Shown one piece after another: positions 27,618 through 38,086 of a stretch of 64,000 nucleotides of DNA. The position numbers were made by a program, and so were the translations under genes. Where the stretch lies: NCBI GenBank assembly GCA_038734945.1, contig JAVYOA010000009.1:310001-374000 (forward strand), in the 5' to 3' direction. Source of the stretch: Fervidicoccaceae archaeon (lineage in GTDB: Archaea; Thermoproteota; Thermoprotei_A; Sulfolobales; Fervidicoccaceae). The notes below the pieces were generated by a model. It was not told where the DNA came from. It did not search any database and was given only the letters and a program-made list of their open reading frames with translations. Each line of letters starts with the position of its first letter. The stretch's first letter is position 1.

Positions 27618-28847
27618 ATGAACGAAGAGAACGATATATGTTTAATTATAGCTACCTCTGTACTTGGTCTTGAACTAGGGAAAAAATTTGCCAAGGAAAT
27701 CCAGGAGAAGCTCTCTGGTATGAAAGATGAGATAAAATTCATTGGAGTAATTAGCAAAAAGGAAGAGATTCCCCAGAGCTGTTCTTCTTCAATAGTTCTT
27801 GTCGCTACTGGTGGTACGGAAGATGTAATAGTGAATATTGGAAACATGAGCAAAAATCTCCATTTATTCTATCATGACTCCTTCAATAGCCTTCCAGCAA
27901 CTCTGGAATCTGTGGCTCTTCTCAGGCAAATGGGAAAGGAGCCGCATCTTCATAAGTATGATGGACCAGACTCGCTTCTACGAATGGTGGATGCATTAGA
28001 AAGGGCAAAGAGAGGAATTGAAAAGCTGAAGAGCTGCAGGCTAGGCGTAGTAGGAGGAGTAAGTGATTGGCTAGTATACAGCAGGGTAAATCCCTCTGAT
28101 GTGAAAAGGAAATTGGGCTCGGAGATCGTGGAGATCCCGCTTCAAGAATTGCTCGAACTTATGGATAACATTGATGCACAGCAAGACATGAATGAAATAA
28201 CGAAAAAAGCCCGGAAGATAGAGGTGAGCCGCGAGGAAATTAGCAAGGCGCTGAGGGTTCATGGAGCTCTTCTGGAGATCGCTAAAAAATATAATTTATG
28301 TGGCTTGACAGTTAAATGCTTCGATTTAATACTAGCGAAGAGAACTACAGCTTGTCTCTCTATGTCGCTGATGAACACAAAAGTATTTCCGGCAGCATGC
28401 GAGGGCGATGTGCCGCTCCTCATATCCATGGCTCTTGGAGAGTTCGTGACAGAACGTCCAGCATTCATGGGAAATCCTGCTATACTGAAAAAAGGAGAGA
28501 TATTGATTGCTCACTGTACTGCTCCTCTTATTTCTTCTTTCAAACTGACAACTCACTTCGAATCTAACCTTGGAGTTGGAATAAGTGTTGATTATCCATA
28601 TGGAGAAGCTGTCACAATTTACAGAATTGATTCTGGGCTGGAAAAAATCAGGATTGGCAAAGGAAGAATAAAGGAATGGAAATGGAGAGAAGATCTCTGC
28701 AGGACTCAGGTTCTGATAGAGATGGAAAATGCAGAAAAAATCCTGAAAAAAAGCATTGGAAATCATTACGCTCTAATTATAGGAGATTGGGTGGAAGAGC
28801 TCTCCGCTGCAGGAGAGCTCCTTGGATTGAATGTGGAAACGATCTAA
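27618..28847 (+). CDS. L-fucose/L-arabinose isomerase-like protein
   Basis: TGGTE, TVKCF, AACEGD, AHCT, CRTQ, GNHY. Confidence 0.75.
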   Translation: MNEENDICLIIATSVLGLELGKKFAKEIQEKLSGMKDEIKFIGVISKKEEIPQSCSSSIVLVATGGTEDVIVNIGNMSKNLHLFYHDSFNSLPATLESVALLRQMGKEPHLHKYDGPDSLLRMVDALERAKRGIEKLKSCRLGVVGGVSDWLVYSRVNPSDVKRKLGSEIVEIPLQELLELMDNIDAQQDMNEITKKARKIEVSREEISKALRVHGALLEIAKKYNLCGLTVKCFDLILAKRTTACLSMSLMNTKVFPAACEGDVPLLISMALGEFVTERPAFMGNPAILKKGEILIAHCTAPLISSFKLTTHFESNLGVGISVDYPYGEAVTIYRIDSGLEKIRIGKGRIKEWKWREDLCRTQVLIEMENAEKILKKSIGNHYALIIGDWVEELSAAGELLGLNVETI

Positions 28848-28944
28848 TTTTTCATCGATTTTTACTCTGGACATAACTTAAAGAAAAATCAGTGAAGCTC
28901 ATAGGACAAAATCAATAAATATTTATATAAAGAAGCTTCAGACG

Positions 28945-29943
28945 GTGCCTAGTTCCTTGAACGTAGCAGTAGTTAGGTCTCCCAAGCTAGAGCTATTCGG
29001 AATTTTTACAGATGCCATTGAAAAGCTCAAGGAAATTTCCAATGTTGTTGAGATCTATGGCTCAGACAATGAAGCAGACCTAGCAGAACAGCTGCGCGGC
29101 TACTCTGTGGCAATTACAGAACCAATGCTTCCTAAATTTGGAAAAAAATTTTTTGAGCTTAATGATGATATAAAGATGATTTTTGTTCATGGAAGAGGAT
29201 ACGATAACGTGGATGTTTCCGCAGCGAGAAAAAAGGGGATTATTGTAGCAAGAGTTCCTGGTTGGTGCGAGAACGAAGCAGTCGCCGAACATGCTTTAGC
29301 TCTCTTATTGGAAGGAGTAAAAATGCTGTGGAAAGCTCGCATTTGGGTTTCGAGCGGAGAGTGGAAGAGGGTTGGTGAAAGCGGCGGCTTCTTCTTCTCT
29401 AAGAGCATAAGAGGAATGAAAATAGGAATCATAGGATATGGATATATAGGAAAGAGATTTGCAGAAATCTTGAAGGGAGGATTCGGCACAAGCGTCTTAG
29501 TATATGATCCCTATGTTCCTTCTCAGAAGATTCTTGATGAGGGTTTTCAGCCCTTTGTCGATCTCCACGAAATGCTAAGAGAGGTTGATGCAGTTTCTAT
29601 TCATGCCGAACTAACAGAGGAAACTTATCACATGATTGGACGGAAGGAGATTGAGGAAATGAAAGATAAAGTAATCCTGATAAACACAGCAAGAGGAGCA
29701 ATAATAGACACAGAGGCGCTCATACATGGATTAAAAATTGGAAAAATTGGCTTTGCTGGCTTGGATGTAATTGAGGGAGAACCTATAGGTAGCGATCATC
29801 CTCTGCTATCTTTTCCAAACGTCCTAATAACTCCGCATGTAGCTTATGCTACAAATGAAGCTATAAAATGCATGGACTATTCCACAGTTGATGCGGTAAA
29901 ATCTTTCATTGAAGGAAAAGCAATCTTAGAGCAAATATTTTAA
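28945..29943 (+). CDS. D-isomer-specific 2-hydroxyacid dehydrogenase
   Basis: GYDNVD, GYGYIG, INTARG, LDVIEGEP, ITPHVA. Confidence 0.92.
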   Translation: MPSSLNVAVVRSPKLELFGIFTDAIEKLKEISNVVEIYGSDNEADLAEQLRGYSVAITEPMLPKFGKKFFELNDDIKMIFVHGRGYDNVDVSAARKKGIIVARVPGWCENEAVAEHALALLLEGVKMLWKARIWVSSGEWKRVGESGGFFFSKSIRGMKIGIIGYGYIGKRFAEILKGGFGTSVLVYDPYVPSQKILDEGFQPFVDLHEMLREVDAVSIHAELTEETYHMIGRKEIEEMKDKVILINTARGAIIDTEALIHGLKIGKIGFAGLDVIEGEPIGSDHPLLSFPNVLITPHVAYATNEAIKCMDYSTVDAVKSFIEGKAILEQIF

Positions 29944-30007
29944 CACCATGCTACTCCATTAAAGCAATAGTTGAACCGTATTCTTTCAATGTTCTTCGAC
30001 TAAACTG

Positions 30008-30904
30008 TTATACAGTTACCTCATAGATAGGGCACATCATCTCTTTTCCATAAAAGGATCTTATGCTCTCTTCTCCCTCTATGATCTTTCCCTCTAATTC
30101 TCCTGAAGCAGCTACAATTTTTCCATTCTTTAATATGACTCTTAGCTTTCCAGCAGAGGACTTGCAGTTCATTAGCAGAAATGAGGATGAGGATTTGCTC
30201 TGCTCGGCAATTCTTCTCAGTAAATCCTCGCTTATTATATCTATTTCCATCCCCACTGACTTTGATTTCCCAAGAAGGCCAGTGAGAAATGCTGGATCAC
30301 CTAATTTTTTGGAGAGGTTCTCGTCAAAATCGAATAGCGAGGATTTTTCCCCTAATATCCTCTTTTCCTCGACTGATGGTGCCTGAGGGGTTTCAATTTT
30401 TTCTCTTTGCTTTTCCTGAGCAGGAGGTAGAGAGATGACCTGCTTTGGTAAGGATATCATAGATGGAAGCTGTGATTCTACATTTTTTCCCAGGGAATCC
30501 AAGAACTCGATTGCCTTCTTCGTCAAGCTGCTTTCATTGGGGGAAGTATATGACAGCTCTATTCTCAAATCGGTAAATGAGCCAGTTGGGATAATCTCAA
30601 ATGTAATTTTTAAGTCAACCTTCGTTTTATATCTTATTATGCCCACTCCAACAGAAGTTTCTCCCGAGGCAGAAAATGTTACAAGAAAGTAATCCTTTCC
30701 AAGCTCCTTGCTTTCTACAATTCCATTTATATTTCCCTCAAAATCAAAACCACTCATCTTGAACTGTATCACTTCTCTGTCTCTCTTTTCAATTTTTAAC
30801 TTCGCAGGAATAATCTTCAGAAGATTATCAGGATTTTTTAGCGTCTCATATATTGAGCGTGAAGGGTAGCTCATCTTCAGAGAAATAGCCCTTGTGACTG
30901 TCAC
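30008..30904 (-). CDS. Hypothetical two-domain protein (SRPBCC/CoxG-like N-terminus)
   Basis: N-terminal IYETLKNPDNLLKIIP resembles the CoxG/SRPBCC start; Pro/Gln linker; separate C-terminal domain. Confidence 0.5.
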   Translation of the reverse strand: MTVTRAISLKMSYPSRSIYETLKNPDNLLKIIPAKLKIEKRDREVIQFKMSGFDFEGNINGIVESKELGKDYFLVTFSASGETSVGVGIIRYKTKVDLKITFEIIPTGSFTDLRIELSYTSPNESSLTKKAIEFLDSLGKNVESQLPSMISLPKQVISLPPAQEKQREKIETPQAPSVEEKRILGEKSSLFDFDENLSKKLGDPAFLTGLLGKSKSVGMEIDIISEDLLRRIAEQSKSSSSFLLMNCKSSAGKLRVILKNGKIVAASGELEGKIIEGEESIRSFYGKEMMCPIYEVTV

Positions 30905-30984
30905 TGATTGTTCAACCCCCTTTTAAATCATTTTCCTAAGTCCTTCTAATTAAAGATTTTTAATAGTATTACCAAATCATAGTT

Positions 30985-32367
30985 GTGGAGAAAATGATTC
31001 ACGAAATAGCTAAGGAATTAGAGCGCATAGTTGGGGAAAGATGGCTAAGCAAAGATCCAAGAGCCATTGAACCCTATCTGTATGACAGAACCCAATCCGC
31101 TGTTAGACCAAAGGCATCAGAAAATGTTATTGTGGTTAAGCCAGGAAGCATAGAGGAAGTAGCCAGAGTTGTTAGTGTGGCTCACGAAGCTTCTATACCT
31201 ATATATCCGAGAGGAGGAGGAACCGGACTAACAGGAGGTGCTGTTCCTACTAAGCCAGGAATAATAATCTCTCTTGAGAGGCTCAACAGAATAATAATTG
31301 AAAAGGAGAACATGGTAGCTGATGTTGAAGCTGGAGCAACGCTGGGCTCGCTAATTAGTGAGGCTGAGAAAAATGGTCTATTCTTTCCACCTCATCCTGG
31401 AGATGAGGGGGCTCAAATAGGTGGCTTGATTGCTTGTAATGCAGGAGGTTCAAGAGCAGTTAGGCATGGAACTATGAGAAACTTTGTGCTCGGGCTTCAA
31501 GTTGTTCTTCCCAATGGAGAAATCGCCACGATAGGAGGGAAAACGCCTAAGAACAACATGGCAACTAACTTCTATCATCTCTTTATAGGTAGCGAGGGGA
31601 CACTTGGAATAATAGTGCGTGCTTGGATAAGGCTGTACCCGAAGCCTAAAAATTCTGCAACGATTCTCGTACCGTATAGAAATGCCTATGATGCTATCGA
31701 TTCTGCAATGAAACTTCTCTGGGAGGGCTATGTTCCCCTATCTCTCGAGCTTGTTGATTCGGATTCTCTGAGGAAAACAGCAGAATATTTGAGAATAGAA
31801 TGGAGATATGGTAATGGAGATTTCTATTTGATGTTGGTTCTAGTTGAGCCCACTATAGAAATGCTATATACTGAGCTGGAAGGGATTGCTAAGATATTAG
31901 AGGAAAAAGCATCAGGTGAGCCAATATTAGCGGAGAGAGATGATGAGCAGAAGGAGATCCTTAAGATAAGGAGCGAAGTTTATTCTGCTTATGAGAACGA
32001 AATGTTTGAGGGACTAGATGTCTCTGTCCCCCTGGGAGAACTGACAAGATTTGTCCGATTCATTGAAGATTTGGAGAAGAAATACAACGTGAGAATTCCC
32101 CTCCTTGCACATTTGGGTGATGGGACATTTCACCCAGATCTTCTCTACAGTGGATTGGATGAGGCATCTTTGGAAAGAATGAGAGATGAAATATATGATG
32201 CTGTAATTTCGATGGGAGGCAGCATAACCGGAGAGCATGGCATAGGCTATACGAGAAGACGCTACGCGGAAAAATATCTCAATGATAACTTGAAAAAGCT
32301 AATTAAAAAAGTGAAGAGTGCTATTGATGATAAGGGAATAATGAACCCAGAAAAGTATATTCCATAA
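30985..32367 (+). CDS. FAD-linked oxidoreductase, GlcD/D-lactate dehydrogenase family
   Basis: PRGGGTGLTGGAVP, GSEGTLG, HLGDG..H, GEHGIG, MNP. Confidence 0.9.
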   Translation: MEKMIHEIAKELERIVGERWLSKDPRAIEPYLYDRTQSAVRPKASENVIVVKPGSIEEVARVVSVAHEASIPIYPRGGGTGLTGGAVPTKPGIIISLERLNRIIIEKENMVADVEAGATLGSLISEAEKNGLFFPPHPGDEGAQIGGLIACNAGGSRAVRHGTMRNFVLGLQVVLPNGEIATIGGKTPKNNMATNFYHLFIGSEGTLGIIVRAWIRLYPKPKNSATILVPYRNAYDAIDSAMKLLWEGYVPLSLELVDSDSLRKTAEYLRIEWRYGNGDFYLMLVLVEPTIEMLYTELEGIAKILEEKASGEPILAERDDEQKEILKIRSEVYSAYENEMFEGLDVSVPLGELTRFVRFIEDLEKKYNVRIPLLAHLGDGTFHPDLLYSGLDEASLERMRDEIYDAVISMGGSITGEHGIGYTRRRYAEKYLNDNLKKLIKKVKSAIDDKGIMNPEKYIP

Positions 32368-32375
32368 AAAAAAGA

Positions 32376-33038
32376 TTATTTTGTGAATATTTCAAGTCCA
32401 GGTATGCTGAGCCTCCTTTCCATAAATCTGAAGAAAATAGTTAGAGCACTTATCATTGTCAGATAAACAGCTGCCAGCGTGGAAAAAGTCTCAACAGGTC
32501 TGAAATAGAGAGAATTGAAAGTCTTTGTTACTGCAAACATCTCTGGAACTCCGACAACGAAGGCGAGAGATGAATACTGCACTAGGTATATCAACTCATT
32601 TGATATACCGAGAAAAGCTCTCCTCACTGCTTGTGGAAGAATTATGTACAGAATTTCTTGAGTGTTGGACATTCCTAGGGACTTAGCTGCTAGAGATTGC
32701 CCAATATCTATTGATCTTATGGCTCCTCTTACATACTCAGACTGGTAGGAACCAGAGCAAAGGATGAAACCTATCACCGCAGTCCAGAATGGGGGAATAT
32801 AAATCCCAAAGTCAGAAAGTCCGAAGAAAAGGATCAAGAGCGTCACGAGAACTGGGAAGCCTCTGAATGTGATGACAATGCCTGATGCTATTCCCCGAAT
32901 CAGCCAATTTCCATAAACTCTTGCTGCACCCAAGGCAATTCCCAAAAGCACACTTACGGGCATGGAGATAGCTAGAATCTCCAGCGTAACAATTATTCCT
33001 CTGGCAAGAGTGCTCAGAAATGCAGACCAGAAATCCAT
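32376..33038 (-). CDS. Polar amino acid ABC permease
   Basis: FRGFP, YQSEYVRGAI..GQ..A..LGM, IILPQA. Confidence 0.92.
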   Translation of the reverse strand: MDFWSAFLSTLARGIIVTLEILAISMPVSVLLGIALGAARVYGNWLIRGIASGIVITFRGFPVLVTLLILFFGLSDFGIYIPPFWTAVIGFILCSGSYQSEYVRGAIRSIDIGQSLAAKSLGMSNTQEILYIILPQAVRRAFLGISNELIYLVQYSSLAFVVGVPEMFAVTKTFNSLYFRPVETFSTLAAVYLTMISALTIFFRFMERRLSIPGLEIFTK

Positions 33039-33044
33039 AATCCA

Positions 33045-33800
33045 TCACTTCGCTTTTCTGTATATCGAAGCAAAATACTTCTTAACAATCTCGTGTTTTG
33101 GATTGGAAATGATCTCCTCGGGTAAGCCCTTCTCCACAATTTTTCCATTGTACATGAAAATCAATTCATTGGCTACCTCGAGAGCAAAATGAAGCTCATG
33201 CGTTACTATTAGGCTGGTCATTCCAGAGTTTGACAGCTCTTTTATCACTTGGAGGACTTCCCCAACCAGTGCTGGATCGAGAGCAGAAGTCGGCTCATCG
33301 TAGAGTATTATGGATGGCTCCATTGCTAGAGCCCTTGCGATAGCAACCCTCTGCTTTTCTCCGCCTGAAATTTGAGCAGGATATTTGTTCCAAAGCTCTC
33401 TTCCTATGTGGACCTTTTCCAGAGACCTTGAGGCAATCATGAATGCTTCCTTTTCTGGCAATTTCTTGACTTTCTGCGGCCCGATCATCACGTTCTTCAA
33501 AACAGTTAGGTGGTTGAATAGATTGAACTCCTGAAACACAAAGCCGATTCTTTGCCTCATCCTGTTTATGTCTATATCAGGATCTGTCAGCTCCACTCCT
33601 TCAAGCCATATTCTTCCTGAGTCCGGTACAGTTAGGAGGTTTATGCATCTCAATAAGGTGCTCTTTCCAACACCACTGGGACCTAATATGACCTTGGTCC
33701 TTCCTCTTTCAACTTCTAGGCTGACGCCATCTAGAACAACCTTGTTCCCATAGCTTTTCCTCAGGTTATCCACAATCAGTACAGCCTTGCTATCCGGCAA
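33045..33800 (-). CDS. Polar amino acid ABC ATP-binding protein (GlnQ-like)
   Basis: GPSGVGKST, SGGEKQRVAIARALAMEP, DEPTSALDP; probable TTG start at 33800. Confidence 0.92.
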   Translation of the reverse strand: MPDSKAVLIVDNLRKSYGNKVVLDGVSLEVERGRTKVILGPSGVGKSTLLRCINLLTVPDSGRIWLEGVELTDPDIDINRMRQRIGFVFQEFNLFNHLTVLKNVMIGPQKVKKLPEKEAFMIASRSLEKVHIGRELWNKYPAQISGGEKQRVAIARALAMEPSIILYDEPTSALDPALVGEVLQVIKELSNSGMTSLIVTHELHFALEVANELIFMYNGKIVEKGLPEEIISNPKHEIVKKYFASIYRKAK

Positions 33801-33801
33801 T

Positions 33802-34485
33802 CTACTTCCCCCCAACCAACCCAGGTATTTGAACCCTCTCATAGAGAATATTGAACACTTTCGTACCGCCGTATGTCAGAAATATGAAAAGGATCCCTGC
33901 TATAAGGTAGGGAATGAAATATGAGCCTATTGATATTGTAACATATCTAGTTCTCGTGAGAATCTCCACAACACCGAGGGCGAAGCATATGGAGGAGTCC
34001 TTAAGCATTATAGCATATTGATTTGTCCATCCTGGTATTGCTATTCGTAGAGCCTGGGGGAGAATTATGGTGCGAACGGCTTCCCATCTTCCCATCCCTA
34101 GCGATCTGGCAGCAAGCATCTGTCCTGGATCCACAGCTTCTAGGGCTGCTCTAAAAATCATGCTCTGATACGCCCCATCCCTCGTTCCCAGAGCTAATAT
34201 GCTGGTTGTCATAGCTGAAAGCTTTATACCAAAAACGATTGGAAATATGCCCCAGTAATAGAGAAACAAGAGAACAATCAGTGGAATTCCTCTGTATATC
34301 CAAACATAGGTATCAACAATAGTCTTCGCCACTTTTCCTCCATATACCCTGAAAATAGCGGTAGGCAAACCTATGGCAAATCCTAGCAATAGACCTCCTC
34401 CTACTAGAGCGAGAGTCCAAAGCACCCCCTCCAGCATGTATGGAAGATAGCTCTCGAGGAGGCCCAGCGATACCAATATGTTCAC
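33802..34485 (-). CDS. Polar amino acid ABC permease
   Basis: YRGIP, GQMLAARSLGM, ILPQA, LKDSS. Confidence 0.92.
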   Translation of the reverse strand: MNILVSLGLLESYLPYMLEGVLWTLALVGGGLLLGFAIGLPTAIFRVYGGKVAKTIVDTYVWIYRGIPLIVLLFLYYWGIFPIVFGIKLSAMTTSILALGTRDGAYQSMIFRAALEAVDPGQMLAARSLGMGRWEAVRTIILPQALRIAIPGWTNQYAIMLKDSSICFALGVVEILTRTRYVTISIGSYFIPYLIAGILFIFLTYGGTKVFNILYERVQIPGLVGGK

Positions 34486-34486
34486 C

Positions 34487-35362
34487 TCACTTCAAATTCC
34501 ATTTCTCCAACAATTGATCCCACATAGGACTGGACATAAGTTCCGAGAGGGCAGCATTTATCTGGTTTCTCAGCCATATATCTCCCGGCCTTGTTGCTAC
34601 GGCATAGCTCTCATATGACCCCAAAGTTGAAACTACCCTGAGCTTTGCTGCTGCATCTGGATGAGTTCTCAGATAAGGTTCAAAGAAAGCAGAATCTGTT
34701 ATCATTGCTATAGCAGTTCCTTTCAGAACAGCTTCTGTAGCAGCAGTATAGGAATCTAGCCCTAATTTCTGGAAGCGATATCCCTCATTGAGCAATTTTG
34801 TGGCCCATTCGTCAGAAGTGGCACCGAGCTCAACTGCTATGGGCTGACCTGAATTCAATATTTGTTCCAGTGACAAATTAACATCACTTCTAGTGACAAC
34901 CTCGTGAATATATGAATAGTATGGAATGGAGAACCATACTTGTTGAGAACGTTGAGCAGTTATTGTCATTCCAGACATGATAACGTCTATGTCCCCATTT
35001 ACCAGAGCAGTCACAATTGTTGACCAATCCCACGGCTTGAAGACCAAGGTCCAATTGTATTTCTGAGCTATCCACTTCATCACATCGACATCAAAGCCAG
35101 CAGCAGTTCCATTTGGCAGAATATATGTAAATGGCGGATAGTTGGCGTCAAACCCATAAATTATAGTGACTGTCTGATTTGGAGGAGGTGGATTGGTGAA
35201 TTTGCTTTTCTGGATAGCACAGATTTGCGAAGGAGACACCGAAGGGGGAGAAGGCTTCGCCAGCCAGCCTACAGCGAATCCAACAATGAGACCAAGGATC
35301 AGCAGTCCTACTAACAAATAAACTGCGGTTCCTTTTTTCTTTGGGACTGTTTGTTCACCCAC
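34487..35362 (-). CDS. Polar amino acid ABC substrate-binding protein
   Basis: YPPF, GFDVD, SGMTIT..R, FSIPY. Confidence 0.92.
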   Translation of the reverse strand: MGEQTVPKKKGTAVYLLVGLLILGLIVGFAVGWLAKPSPPSVSPSQICAIQKSKFTNPPPPNQTVTIIYGFDANYPPFTYILPNGTAAGFDVDVMKWIAQKYNWTLVFKPWDWSTIVTALVNGDIDVIMSGMTITAQRSQQVWFSIPYYSYIHEVVTRSDVNLSLEQILNSGQPIAVELGATSDEWATKLLNEGYRFQKLGLDSYTAATEAVLKGTAIAMITDSAFFEPYLRTHPDAAAKLRVVSTLGSYESYAVATRPGDIWLRNQINAALSELMSSPMWDQLLEKWNLK

Positions 35363-35583
35363 TTTTCAGTTCACCCTTAGTAAATTGTTTAATTTGAATA
35401 TATTTAAATATAGCTTAAGATATTTTTTTCTAAAAAAATTGAATAATTTAAAAATATTTTTAGAAAAGGTGTTTTTTTCTTTCGAATCCTCAGTGCTCTG
35501 AAATTTTTTCTGCACGTATGCATATGAAGCAAAATAGAAATTCAGAGAAATTGATCTCTTGCTAATTGAAAGCAAAGATCCTT

Positions 35584-36234
35584 CTAAATCAATCGTCGAG
35601 GTGAATAGGCATCGCCGATCCCTTTAAGTGATTTTCCAAAAATATATGCTTTTCTTGAGCTCTCTACAGCTTTTTGATTTCTGAGAACTAATTCAATGGC
35701 TGTCATTGCATGGGAGTCATCAAAGATCTTTGAAATTTCAACAAATGCACCGAGGATTGAAGCATTTATGGCTCTGGAGCTACCTGAAATTTCCCTCACT
35801 TCCTTTGGATCTATTAAGACAGCTCTCTCTCCAGAATAGCTTAAGATTCTCCTTAGAAGAAGTGAAGAATCAATTTTTTCCTTCGAGGGAAGCAGTGATG
35901 CTGATACAGGAGGTCTGAAGTCATATGATAATATAATCCATCCTAGCAACGTATCGAGATATTCAAGGTTTCTAGCACACTCAATTATTTCTAAACAAAG
36001 CATGTAATTAGCCTCGTTCTTATGGAAAATTGGAGAATATACTTTTTCACCTATCCCAACCCTGACGAAGCTTTTTACACTGCCGAACCTCTGTGCCATT
36101 CCAAGAGTCTCACCTGTAGCGATGCTATATCCCGCTAGTCTTGAAGCCTCAGCTATCATTCTCGAGAGCGATAGCCCTCCTTGTCCGCCAACTGAGGATA
36201 TAAGGATGTTAATCTTTCTTCCCAACAGAATCAC
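35584..36234 (-). CDS. iorB: Indolepyruvate:ferredoxin oxidoreductase beta subunit
   Basis: VGGQG, ETLGMAQRFGSV. Confidence 0.88.
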   Translation of the reverse strand: MILLGRKINILISSVGGQGGLSLSRMIAEASRLAGYSIATGETLGMAQRFGSVKSFVRVGIGEKVYSPIFHKNEANYMLCLEIIECARNLEYLDTLLGWIILSYDFRPPVSASLLPSKEKIDSSLLLRRILSYSGERAVLIDPKEVREISGSSRAINASILGAFVEISKIFDDSHAMTAIELVLRNQKAVESSRKAYIFGKSLKGIGDAYSPRRLI

Positions 36235-38086
36235 CTCTCACTATGGCCTTTGTAGGACAATATCTAGCGCACAGTGCGCACCCGTAGCAGTCTTCTTCAA
36301 AGATACTCACTTTTCCCTTTTCGTTGACATAAAGCGCTGGGCATCCCGTTGCTCTTAAGCATGCAAGGCAACCAGTACACTTATCTTCTATTACTGTGTA
36401 ATATGCGGGCCTGCCTTTTCTTCTCGCTTCAAGAATTGCGCAGGGAGCTCTTGAGATAATCACCTTCACTCCTCTCTTATTTATTGAATCAGCAACAGCC
36501 TTCACCATACTATCCAGATCATATGGGTCAACTATTTTCAGCTCATCCACTCCAATGCCCTGAACTATTTCCTCTATCTTTACTTCCTTAACATCTCTGC
36601 CAGTCTCGGTTTTTGTCCAGGAGGGAGTGGCTTGATGACCGGTCATTGCTACCACTTGATTGTCAAGAATTACGACCAGCATATCAACTCTCTTGTTAAC
36701 AGCTTCTATTAGCGGTTGAATTCCTGTATGAAAGAAAGTGGAGTCTCCTATCGTAGCGACTACAGGCTTTTCAAAGCCGCTTAATTTCAGGCCCATTGCC
36801 ATCGATATACTAGCTCCCATGCTATGCTCTGTCCAAATAGCACTCAGAGGAGGATAAGCACTCAAAGCGTAGCATCCAATATCGCCAAATATTGGTATGT
36901 CCTTTCTGCTGAAGCCAGCTCTTGCTATGCCTCCAAGAATCCCTAGATATGAGTTTCTGTGAGGGCATCCAGGGCAAAGCGGTGGCGGTCTTGGAGGCAC
37001 CTCGATAGGTACAGCTGAGTCCAGGCTTCTGTCTTTCACATTCTGACCTCCCAGTAACAGATTTCGCAGCTTTTCTAAATCCAGCTCCCCTTCTTTGGGA
37101 AGGTGCCCACTATCTTTGCCAATAATTCTGGTGGAAAATCCAAATGTCAATAGTTCCGATCTGAGAAAAGTTTCTAAAAACGGATCCAGCTCCTCCACAA
37201 CAATAGTTTCCTTACAGCCTCTCAATGCTTTTCGCAGAAAATCCCTGGGAAAAGGATAAAGAAGACCTAGCTTCAAGATCCTGAATTTTTCTCCGCTTTC
37301 TATTTTATTCAATAGAAATTCTTTTACATACTGATAGCCTATTCCCTCAGTAATTATGCATTTTTCTCCATTTCCCTCAACTCTATTGAGCGAGAAGCTC
37401 TCAGCTAGCTTTTCAAACTCAACAAGCCTCTCGTTAAGCCATCTATGCCTTTCAAGATTCCATGTCATGCCCGCCCTGATGAATCTTTGGGGGTCCTTTT
37501 TAAAAGATCTGAATTTTCTAGGTTCGGAAATTTTTCCTAGAACAACCTCTCCTATAGCATGATTCACCCTCGTGGTTGTTCTTAAAATAACCGGAAGCTG
37601 TACTCTCTCGCTCAATTCCAATCCTATAACTGTATAGTCCTTAGCCTCCTGAGGATTTGATGGAGAAATTAGAGGAAGCTTTGCTAGAGGACCATACCAT
37701 CTACTATCCTGCTCTGTTTGTGTTGTGATGGGCCCCGGATCATCAGCCACCAGTATAAGAAGTCCTCCATCTACTCCAGAGTATGAGGCTGAAAGGAGGG
37801 GATCAGATGCAATATTCAGCCCAGGCCCCTTCATGGTGACAAGACTCCTTGCACCTCCTATGGAGGCTCCTATACCTATCTCCAGCGCAACCTTTTCATT
37901 AACTGCCCATTCTGCATAAATTTCTGCTCCAAACTCCTGGAGAGTCATTATAACTTCACTGGAAGGGGTTCCTGGATAGCCGACAGCTATCCATACTCCT
38001 CCCTCCAGAGCACCTCTAGCTATAGCTTCATTTCCCATCAAAGCAATTTTTTCCCCATCTTTTGCTTTAAGAGGATTCATCTCCAT
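36209..38086 (-). CDS. iorA: Indolepyruvate:ferredoxin oxidoreductase alpha subunit
   Basis: MGNEAIARGA, YPGTPS, RPPPLCPGCPH, DIGCY, GDSTFFH, C-terminal ferredoxin. Confidence 0.95.
   Translation of the reverse strand: MEMNPLKAKDGEKIALMGNEAIARGALEGGVWIAVGYPGTPSSEVIMTLQEFGAEIYAEWAVNEKVALEIGIGASIGGARSLVTMKGPGLNIASDPLLSASYSGVDGGLLILVADDPGPITTQTEQDSRWYGPLAKLPLISPSNPQEAKDYTVIGLELSERVQLPVILRTTTRVNHAIGEVVLGKISEPRKFRSFKKDPQRFIRAGMTWNLERHRWLNERLVEFEKLAESFSLNRVEGNGEKCIITEGIGYQYVKEFLLNKIESGEKFRILKLGLLYPFPRDFLRKALRGCKETIVVEELDPFLETFLRSELLTFGFSTRIIGKDSGHLPKEGELDLEKLRNLLLGGQNVKDRSLDSAVPIEVPPRPPPLCPGCPHRNSYLGILGGIARAGFSRKDIPIFGDIGCYALSAYPPLSAIWTEHSMGASISMAMGLKLSGFEKPVVATIGDSTFFHTGIQPLIEAVNKRVDMLVVILDNQVVAMTGHQATPSWTKTETGRDVKEVKIEEIVQGIGVDELKIVDPYDLDSMVKAVADSINKRGVKVIISRAPCAILEARRKGRPAYYTVIEDKCTGCLACLRATGCPALYVNEKGKVSIFEEDCYGCALCARYCPTKAIVRGDSVGKKD

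Noticed and set aside
35366..35575. 69-aa ORF
   Set aside because: Low-complexity AT-rich promoter region with no protein-like features
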